A stretch of 20,413 nt of DNA from Candidatus Heimdallarchaeota archaeon (GTDB lineage: Archaea > Asgardarchaeota > Heimdallarchaeia > Heimdallarchaeales > Heimdallarchaeaceae): positions 1 through 20,413 of the forward strand of contig DXJF01000068.1 in assembly GCA_019057375.1 (NCBI GenBank), in the 5' to 3' direction. How positions within the stretch are numbered: the first letter of the stretch is position 1; every line of letters starts with the position of its first letter. Shown piece by piece: positions 8,992 to 16,110 of this stretch. The notes under the pieces were generated by a model that did no database searches, was not told the origin of the DNA, and saw only the letters and a list, made by a program, of their open reading frames with translations. The position numbers and the translations under genes are program-made.

Positions 8992-10449
8992 ATGTCAGAA
9001 TACGATTTAAACAAAAAAATTCAATCAGCTTTAGACCATGGTTTACTATATGCAAAGAAAACAGGAGCAGATCATTGTGAAGCTTTTGGATTAAATCAGA
9101 AATCATACAATTTAGAAGTTGAAAAAGATAAACCAAAACACAATATTGGTATATTACATGGTTTAGCATTCAGAGTAATTGCAAACAATGCTCAAGGTTT
9201 TGCTTATACTTCGTCTTTCGAAAAAAAGGATATTGAAATGACTGTGAAAATGGCAACACAATGTGCTCAAACCAAGAAACAAGATCCCGATATTAAACCA
9301 TTTCCAGAACCCAATAGAAATAAAGCAAAACTCGACTTAGATGAAGATTTATTTAAACTCGATTCAGATCAAGCAGCTGAAGTTTTCGAACAAATGCTTC
9401 CTAGCGAATTACCTAAAAATCTTTATTTCTTAATGGCTATGGGATTTATGAGTATTGGTGATTCATTTCTCAAAACTTCACAAGGTATTGATATTCATGA
9501 CAGAGATGCTGGATATGGATTGGGCATAGGATATTTATCCGCTCATGGTTTTCCAAATTATGATTTTCATTTTGAAGGAAGCCGAACTTTGGGACAGGTT
9601 AAACCAAAAGAAGTTAGTCAAATAGCAATTGACAAAACACTAAAATCAGCTAAACCCCAAACAATGTCTCTTGCAAGTGACTATCCAATAATCATAACTC
9701 CAGAAGGTTCTTATGGGCTTTTTGGAGGTCTGCTAACGATTTTAGATACACTTCTACGAGGTGATAAAGCATCCAGAGGTGAAACAGTCTATGCAGACAA
9801 AATTGGAGAACAAATAGCACCAGATAACTTTACTCTAACTGATGATCCTCTCCATCCAGATATGATTACTTCAGCTTTATATGATGCAGAAGGAACTCCA
9901 ACTGAAAGAACAAATTTAATCGAGAATGGAATTCTCAAAACCTATTATCTTGATGGTTACTATGCAGGGAAACTGAATATGGAAAGCAATGGAAAAGCTC
10001 AAAGAGGAGGTTTCTTCGGAGGGAATCCTGCTAAAACCCCTCCTGCAATTGGAGCCTATGCTACAATGATAGATCCAGGTGATTCCTCTCTAGATGAAAT
10101 GTTGTCTGAAACTAAGGAAGGTTTTATGATGAAAAGTTTCATGGGCATACATATGTCCGATTTAAGCAGTGGAAGATTTGCAGTTACTGGTTCTGGATGG
10201 TATGTAAAAGGTGGTGAGATTAAATATCCTGTTCAGGATATCTCAGTCTCCGGTACAATTCCTGAACTTCTTCTGAACATAGACTTAATTTCAAAAGAAA
10301 GAACAAAGGGATTGAACAACGAAGTACCATACCTAAGAGTAAAACAACTCAGTGTAGCTGCTAAGAAGCTTGATTTCAAAATCAGATTTGGGTTTAAGGT
10401 TCTAAAAACGCTTGTTAAATTAGGGATAGTTAAAAATCCCTTTATCTAA
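8992..10449 (+). CDS. pmbA: TldE/PmbA family protein with C-terminal basic amphipathic extension
   Basis: Directly follows tldD. Contains GLAFRVI...GFAYTS, YDAEGTPT..LIENGILKTY, GKAQRG, SGRFAV and ISVSGTI, and lacks HExxH as expected for TldE. AGGTGA (8981-8986) is an SD for ATG 8992 (GTG 8983 is an alternative). Confidence 0.9.
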   Translation: MSEYDLNKKIQSALDHGLLYAKKTGADHCEAFGLNQKSYNLEVEKDKPKHNIGILHGLAFRVIANNAQGFAYTSSFEKKDIEMTVKMATQCAQTKKQDPDIKPFPEPNRNKAKLDLDEDLFKLDSDQAAEVFEQMLPSELPKNLYFLMAMGFMSIGDSFLKTSQGIDIHDRDAGYGLGIGYLSAHGFPNYDFHFEGSRTLGQVKPKEVSQIAIDKTLKSAKPQTMSLASDYPIIITPEGSYGLFGGLLTILDTLLRGDKASRGETVYADKIGEQIAPDNFTLTDDPLHPDMITSALYDAEGTPTERTNLIENGILKTYYLDGYYAGKLNMESNGKAQRGGFFGGNPAKTPPAIGAYATMIDPGDSSLDEMLSETKEGFMMKSFMGIHMSDLSSGRFAVTGSGWYVKGGEIKYPVQDISVSGTIPELLLNIDLISKERTKGLNNEVPYLRVKQLSVAAKKLDFKIRFGFKVLKTLVKLGIVKNPFI

Positions 10450-10459
10450 TTTTCTTTTT
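10450..10459 (+). terminator. Putative oligo-T terminator of tldD-pmbA
   Basis: TTTTCTTTTT lies immediately after the pmbA stop. Archaeal terminators are U-tracts. Confidence 0.45.
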
Positions 10460-10472
10460 ACAATAGAATTCA

Positions 10473-10504
10473 GAAAAAACAAAAAAAGAAAAAGAAAAAG
10501 AAAG
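10473..10504 (-). terminator. Long T-rich putative terminator of the surface-protein gene
   Basis: The minus strand reads CTTTCTTTTTCTTTTTCTTTTTTTGTTTTTTC, starting 8 nt after the stop at 10513. Confidence 0.6.
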
Positions 10505-10512
10505 ATAATAAT

Positions 10513-13353
10513 TTATCTCTTTTTGGTAAATATTACTACACTAGCTATTGCTGCTAATCCAATTATGCTTAGAATTGATACTATACCGAATTCATTGACT
10601 GCTGGTAGTCCACCAATCAATGTATAAAGATCAGGTAGTGTTTTGAAGTTTGCACCAATGGACATTTCGATATAAGCGTTCATAATACCACCGTTCATAC
10701 CATAATTTGGTATTTGAGTGACTTCGAACTCAAAGCTTGCTTTAGCGCCAGCTCCTAGAACAATTCCAGATGTGTAATCAACACCAATCCAAATTGAACC
10801 TCTAATCCAACCATCTTGTGTAATTGTTTCCCAAACATAGTCTCCATTGAGCATTGACCATCCAAAGTCAATTTGTGCGTCAATTGTTACATAGTAGTAC
10901 ATGATATCTTGAGCAGCATAATAGTATTTGTCTGCAACAAGGTCTAGATTGAGGGTTGTTAGATCAACATTTGTGTTTTGAATTGCTAATGCCCTTAATG
11001 CAGATTCTAAATATGGTGTTACACTAACTATAGAACTCACAGAAGTCCATAGACCATCATACATTTCCCAGTCATTTGGATTCCACATGGGTCCTTGTGG
11101 TGAGAACATTGGCCATGTATAACTACCTATTTCAGGTGTTTTAGTAACATCCGCTGGATCATATATTGTTACATCAGCTTCAGCCCACAAACCATCGAAA
11201 CCAACCATATCAACACCTAGAATTGGATTGCCAATTGAGGATAAACCATTTGTCTTGAATTCAGTAAGTCCATTTACAAAGTCTGGATCAGACGCAGGTG
11301 GTAAATCGAAGTAGAAAACAAAATTGTTTACTAGATAAGTCCATGAACTTGGTGATGGTAATGAAGGTGTAACATCAACTGTTTTTACAGGATTATATTC
11401 GATGGTTAAATTAGCCCAAACATCAGTCATTGAATAGAAATCAACATCTGATGTAACATTGAGTAACATTCCAGATGCGGTATCATAACCCCAGATTACA
11501 TCTAGAGTAACTCCTGGTTCAGAAGCATTCAAGTGCATTTCAATTTCAAAGTAATCATTTGCAACATCAAAAGTAGTTGTTATACCTGGTGTGCCGTCAG
11601 TATCGTTTTGAATTTGAGAGAATGCATTTAACACATCCCAATCAGTTGTTCCTGCATAGAAAGTTTGCATTGGAATAATCAAATCATTGAATGGCCAGTA
11701 ATCATGGGCTCCCCAATTGAATTCCCAGTCTTCATCCCCACCAAAAAGCAGGTTTAGATCAGTAAGCATTGTGAAGTCCATTAGCGGAGTTGGAACAATT
11801 GAACCTGTACCTAATGTAAATTCGAAATCTGGTAGATTCATTGTATAGAATGGACCATTACTCCAGAGCCAGTTCAATGAATCAGGACTTGAAACTAAAG
11901 CAGCATAAAGATACCCATTATCATATCCTTCAGCATATTGACGCTCATAAATGAAGTTTGCACCTCGTTCATAAGGATCTACAGTTGAAGAAGAGAATGG
12001 CAAAGTAGATGTTACATTGTTTGCAGAAATTGATGCTAATTCATCATCAGATCCTTGTTCAAACCCATCGAAGTATGCGTTGTATTTGTGATTCCACATT
12101 CCATTGAGATATTGCTCCCAAACTGTGTATCCATTATATCCATCATCATATCCATCATCATATCCATCAAGCATTCCTTCAATATATCCAGATTCTCTAG
12201 CATCCCATGGTTCCCATGTTTGAGGAGGTAAGTAATTTGGTCCAGGAAATGCGCCTAATTTGTCAGCATCTCCATCATCGTGTCCCCAACCGTAGTAGTC
12301 AGAATATCCTTCTACATAACCACTCCAGTGAGTGTGCCATTCAGCGTCATATAAATCATTGTACAATTCTCTATTGAAGTACTCTTGAGCTCCTTCATAT
12401 AGATAACCTCCACGATACCACATTTCATAATATTTGGGATAATCCCAATTGTAAGCAAAATCATTGACATTGGCTGCTGGTGGGAATGAAACCATATATC
12501 TCTTATCTGGAATTTTGTTTGCTAGATAATCTGCTTGTCCGTTAGTAAAACCATCAGTTTTTGCATCATTAAATCCTTCATAATAGGCATCTAATGCTAA
12601 CCAAGCATCATACCATGCTGGAGCTCCTCCACTTTCTTCTGAAGCAAAGTAACCCACATCATAACCTATAGCACACCCTAGGGCGTAAGCAAACCACCAT
12701 ATGTTATCTTCATTGTACGAGTCTTCATTAGGATAATTATACAAATCTTGGTAACCCATAGAATTTTTTTGGTGATTAAAACCTTCTTCAAAAGTGAATG
12801 GAAATGAACTATTAAATCCACTCCAGAATTCAGTTTCTATAGGGTCATTAAATTTACCCCAAGGCCAGTAATCCCAGTAATCTGTTAGGTTGGTCTTTGC
12901 AAAGTCTTCAGGGAATGAAAACTGTGACGCATTTACATAAACTCCTAAATCATCATTTAGCTCTAAGAATGAAAAAATTTCCATCGCTTCTGCTAAAGTA
13001 TCATTTTCATAGCCACCACCTATATCATCCCAATGATATAGTGTAGTGTCGTCTATATAGGAAATATATGTAACAATTTCGCTACCTTCTAATGATCCAA
13101 TTAATCCTTTATCAAAAATTGGACCTCCAACTTGAGTAAGAAGCATATCAAGAACTTCCCAGATTCCATCACCATATTGGAACTCTGAAATATTGTAGTA
13201 AAGCTTTTGACCACTTGCTACAGCATCGAGTTCGGGGGTTGATGGAAAAGGAGAATCTATAGATGCATCTGTTACAGCCATCGGTGAAGAAGGAGTAACG
13301 AAAGGTAGTAATATTATCAATAAACCTATTCCTAAAAATATCTGTCTTTTCAT
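10513..13353 (-). CDS. Secreted, C-terminally membrane-anchored cell-surface (glyco)protein, ~946 aa
   Basis: ATG 13353 has a GAGGGG SD and gives a signal peptide (MKRQIFLGIGLLIILLPFVT...), so it is preferred over the 13407 start. The C-terminus VNEFGIVSILSIIGLAAIASVVIFTKKR is motif + TM helix + basic tail. The protein is acidic and W/Y/D/G-rich, with about ten N-X-S/T sequons. Confidence 0.85.
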   Translation of the reverse strand: MKRQIFLGIGLLIILLPFVTPSSPMAVTDASIDSPFPSTPELDAVASGQKLYYNISEFQYGDGIWEVLDMLLTQVGGPIFDKGLIGSLEGSEIVTYISYIDDTTLYHWDDIGGGYENDTLAEAMEIFSFLELNDDLGVYVNASQFSFPEDFAKTNLTDYWDYWPWGKFNDPIETEFWSGFNSSFPFTFEEGFNHQKNSMGYQDLYNYPNEDSYNEDNIWWFAYALGCAIGYDVGYFASEESGGAPAWYDAWLALDAYYEGFNDAKTDGFTNGQADYLANKIPDKRYMVSFPPAANVNDFAYNWDYPKYYEMWYRGGYLYEGAQEYFNRELYNDLYDAEWHTHWSGYVEGYSDYYGWGHDDGDADKLGAFPGPNYLPPQTWEPWDARESGYIEGMLDGYDDGYDDGYNGYTVWEQYLNGMWNHKYNAYFDGFEQGSDDELASISANNVTSTLPFSSSTVDPYERGANFIYERQYAEGYDNGYLYAALVSSPDSLNWLWSNGPFYTMNLPDFEFTLGTGSIVPTPLMDFTMLTDLNLLFGGDEDWEFNWGAHDYWPFNDLIIPMQTFYAGTTDWDVLNAFSQIQNDTDGTPGITTTFDVANDYFEIEMHLNASEPGVTLDVIWGYDTASGMLLNVTSDVDFYSMTDVWANLTIEYNPVKTVDVTPSLPSPSSWTYLVNNFVFYFDLPPASDPDFVNGLTEFKTNGLSSIGNPILGVDMVGFDGLWAEADVTIYDPADVTKTPEIGSYTWPMFSPQGPMWNPNDWEMYDGLWTSVSSIVSVTPYLESALRALAIQNTNVDLTTLNLDLVADKYYYAAQDIMYYYVTIDAQIDFGWSMLNGDYVWETITQDGWIRGSIWIGVDYTSGIVLGAGAKASFEFEVTQIPNYGMNGGIMNAYIEMSIGANFKTLPDLYTLIGGLPAVNEFGIVSILSIIGLAAIASVVIFTKKR
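12136..12169. repeat. 12-bp in-frame tandem repeat (ATATCCATCATC x ~2.8) encoding (D)GYDDGYDDGY
   Basis: Exact units at 12136-12147 and 12148-12159, and a partial unit at 12160-12169. Confidence 0.85.
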
Positions 13354-13410
13354 ATTTGAACCCCTCTTGGTTCTATACCTATATAGCAAATTTTCATTTA
13401 AAAACATAAT

Positions 13411-13428
13411 GTTCGTGTTTTCTCGAAC
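13411..13428. promoter_or_regulatory. Possible operator: inverted repeat GTTCG-N8-CGAAC upstream of the surface-protein promoter
   Basis: Perfect 5-bp GC-containing arms in an AT-rich intergenic region, just upstream of a TTTTTAAAT TATA-like element (~13397-13405, minus strand). Confidence 0.25.
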
Positions 13429-13521
13429 TTTTATTTTTAGAATTAGGAGTATTTGAAAATAGCTCTTTTTAAATCACTAAACAATCTCAAATTAAGATGG
13501 ATAAAATTGTGATTTCTTTGT

Positions 13522-13707
13522 TCAATCTAACTCGGTTGGTTGCTCAAACTGGCTCCCAAAGAAATCGAATATTTGATAACTTCCGCACTCAGGACAATAG
13601 AATGTTAGAATGAAAGCTTTTGTCCTATCTTCTCCAATAAAATCTTGCTCACACACTTTTTCACAGAATTTGCAGTAAATGTTAAGTTTTGGTTTTTCCT
13701 CTGCCAT
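13522..13707 (-). CDS. Small CPxCG-type zinc-ribbon protein (61 aa)
   Basis: CKFC-x22-CPECG knuckles. A GGTGA SD lies upstream of the ATG, and the ORF is co-oriented with its neighbours and fills the gap between them. Confidence 0.75.
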   Translation of the reverse strand: MAEEKPKLNIYCKFCEKVCEQDFIGEDRTKAFILTFYCPECGSYQIFDFFGSQFEQPTELD

Positions 13708-13749
13708 TAGTTCTCACCATTGATTTGGTATTATCATTTTTAAGTTATT

Positions 13750-14922
13750 TCATTTTCCCTTCGAATGTTCTAGCATTCTGGTTAATCTGTGTATAACATC
13801 ACCTATCTTATCTATATTAACTGAACCGAAACTTGCTCGTATATAGTTCGATTGAGAGGGACCAAATTCTGTACCAGGAACCAGAACAACTCTAGCTTCT
13901 TCGAAGGCTTTGTTAGAGAATTCTTCACCAGTTGGATATTTTGATTCAGATATATCTGGATAGCAATAGAATGAGCCTGATGATTTATGACATTTAATAC
14001 CTTCAATTGAGTTGAAACCTTCAACAATAGCATCTCTTCTTTGTTGAAACTCGTTTTTAATGTATTTTTGGAATTCTTTTGCTTCATCTGTATCCATATA
14101 ATTAGCAAGAGCTACTTGTGCAGGTGTTGTTGCATTTGCAATGACATAAGTATGATAACCAATCATGGGTTTCATGATTTCAGCTGTTGATACCCCAAAA
14201 CCCATTCTCCATCCAGGAATAGCAAAGGTTTTTGAGAAAGAATTAGCAGTCAAAGTTCTTTCATAAGCACCATCTATTGCACCAATATGAACATGTTTTT
14301 TTTCATCAAATGTATAGTATTCATACACTTCATCGCTAATTATCATCAGATTGTGGTCTTCAGCTATTTCAATAAGGGCTTTTAACTCATGTTTCTCCAT
14401 AATAGCTCCAGTGGGATTGCTTGGAAAATTTAAAATCATCATTTTAGTTTTGTCATTGACTAACTCTTTCATTTTCTCAATATCTATCTTGAAATCACTA
14501 GTAGATGGCATCCAAACCGTTTTTCCTCCAGCTAACTGTACTTGGTGAGGATAAGTTAAGAATGAGGGATCTTGAATCAAAACTTCATCACCTTTTTCCA
14601 GATAAGTTTGTAAAGCAACGTATACTAATTGAACACCCCCACAAGTTATTAGAACACCATTTGAACTATAATCGACTCCATATTCTTCCTTGTATTTTCT
14701 CGCAATCATTTTTCGAAGTTTGGGATTGCCTGGAGATTGGTCATAGTTGTTGTAATTGAAATCCACTGCATATCTCATTTCTCTTTTTAGCACTTCTGGA
14801 GTTGTAATATCTGGTGCACCAATACCTAAAGAGATTGTATCGGGTATACCTTGTGCTTTTGCAAAAAGCTCACGAATGCTACTTGGTTTTATTTTCTTCA
14901 TTTTTTCTGACTGAAAAATCAT
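13750..14922 (-). CDS. PLP-dependent aminotransferase class I/II (aspartate/aromatic aminotransferase-like)
   Basis: ISLGIGAPD, ITCGG, NFPSNPTG, ISDEVY, NSFSKTFAIPGWRMG (PLP lysine), VPGTEFG and YIRASF. The start is ATG 14922 (TTG 14925 or ATG 14901 are alternatives). Confidence 0.95.
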   Translation of the reverse strand: MIFQSEKMKKIKPSSIRELFAKAQGIPDTISLGIGAPDITTPEVLKREMRYAVDFNYNNYDQSPGNPKLRKMIARKYKEEYGVDYSSNGVLITCGGVQLVYVALQTYLEKGDEVLIQDPSFLTYPHQVQLAGGKTVWMPSTSDFKIDIEKMKELVNDKTKMMILNFPSNPTGAIMEKHELKALIEIAEDHNLMIISDEVYEYYTFDEKKHVHIGAIDGAYERTLTANSFSKTFAIPGWRMGFGVSTAEIMKPMIGYHTYVIANATTPAQVALANYMDTDEAKEFQKYIKNEFQQRRDAIVEGFNSIEGIKCHKSSGSFYCYPDISESKYPTGEEFSNKAFEEARVVLVPGTEFGPSQSNYIRASFGSVNIDKIGDVIHRLTRMLEHSKGK

Positions 14923-14988
14923 CAATAACCAACACGAATAAAAATAGAGTAAAATTAAATCTTTTCGTAGGGCACAAGATTACGTTAC

Positions 14989-16047
14989 CTACAATAATGT
15001 GGAAATCTTTGTAGCTGGTGATTCTAGTTCTGCTAGAATTTGTTTTGTTTTACTTCTCATTGTAAGCTTTTCCTCAGATTTATCGATTAACTCTTTTGCT
15101 TTCAGAATAGCTGATTGCATTGTATATTCATTATGTAAGGGGATACCTATATCTGAAATATATTCAAGAACATCGAGAGGTTTAGGGTAGTAGGAAATGG
15201 AAGGCGTTCCTAAAGCAGCAGCTTCTCTAGCCATAGTAGCCCCGCCAGTTATACACAAGTCTGAATAATAATACAAAGTTAATGTATCGACAGCTCTTGG
15301 GGGAACGATAATTCTGTTCTTAAATCTCTTTTTTAATAATTTTTCTTGACTTTCATACCTAGGAAAAATCACAGCTCGTCCATCATATGTTTCAAAAACC
15401 TCTTCTAAAATCTCAACTAGAAGAGTCTGCCCAGCCATATTTCTTTCAAGCATATAAGCTGCACTACTTTCCTCTGGACGACCTACAATGAAACTATCAT
15501 CTACATGTAATCCTAACATCTCAAGAGTTTCTTTTTGAGGTTTAAAATCCTGCAACCATGCTACTTCATCAATACCATCATATGGCTCTAATTGATCTCG
15601 TGTGGCTCCAAGTGAAAACCATTTATCATCAGTTATACATGAACTATAAACTAAATATTTGGATAATGGGATTGTCAATTTTCCAACAGCCTTTGCATGG
15701 GGTGAGTCATTGATTGTAATTGTAGGTATTCCTAAACCAAAAGCTACTCTGGTTGATTCAGGGGATGAGAAGGATATATGGTAATCTGGTTTATTTTCAA
15801 GACCATTAATATATTCTGCAAGTTGTGCAATTCTCTCATTTCCTGCTTTCAATTTGCCATACAGAGTTCCTCCCCCATGTCTACCCATTATTTCTACATC
15901 TAAGTCCAAAAGAAAGAAAAGACTAGCAACATAATCATAATTTCTGCATGTGAAAATAGCTTCATGACCTGCTTTCTCTAATTCTTTCGCTATTGCATTA
16001 AATAATAAGGGTTCTTTTGAAGTTACAGCATCAAACCAGACAATCAT
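14989..16047 (-). CDS. DUF354 family protein (GT-B-fold, glycosyltransferase/epimerase-like; COG1817-like)
   Basis: IVWFD....K...F.....L...GH....TCR.Y, GRHGGGTLYGKL, SFSSPESTRVAFGLGIP, NDSPHA, GIDEVAWL, R.EE..AAY and GGATMAREAAALGTPSISYYP. Confidence 0.85.
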   Translation of the reverse strand: MIVWFDAVTSKEPLLFNAIAKELEKAGHEAIFTCRNYDYVASLFFLLDLDVEIMGRHGGGTLYGKLKAGNERIAQLAEYINGLENKPDYHISFSSPESTRVAFGLGIPTITINDSPHAKAVGKLTIPLSKYLVYSSCITDDKWFSLGATRDQLEPYDGIDEVAWLQDFKPQKETLEMLGLHVDDSFIVGRPEESSAAYMLERNMAGQTLLVEILEEVFETYDGRAVIFPRYESQEKLLKKRFKNRIIVPPRAVDTLTLYYYSDLCITGGATMAREAAALGTPSISYYPKPLDVLEYISDIGIPLHNEYTMQSAILKAKELIDKSEEKLTMRSKTKQILAELESPATKISTLL

Positions 16048-16094
16048 CAAACCAATACAAACTTTAATACAAAAAAACCTTATGCTTGAAAAGT

Positions 16095-16109
16095 AAAAGA
16101 AAAAGAAAG
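16095..16109 (-). terminator. Putative oligo-T terminator after nrdJ
   Basis: The minus strand reads CTTTCTTTTTCTTTT, 1 nt after the stop at 16111, and is identical to the 15-mer at 10490-10504. Confidence 0.5.
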
Positions 16110-16110
16110 G

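Noticed and set aside
10473-10504. (GAAAAA)n tract as a CRISPR or satellite repeat
   Set aside because: It is too short and low-complexity, has no spacers, and is better explained as a U-tract terminator.
13354-13407. N-terminal extension MFLNENLLYRYRTKRGSN of the surface protein
   Set aside because: The downstream ATG 13353 has an SD and gives a canonical signal peptide. The extension overlaps the likely promoter/5' UTR.
7585-13707. TldDE plus the small Cys-rich ORF as a RiPP (microcin-like) biosynthetic cluster
   Set aside because: There is no YcaO, radical SAM, lanthipeptide or transporter gene. The small ORF is a typical Zn ribbon rather than a leader-core precursor, and tldD-tldE pairs are common archaeal housekeeping genes.
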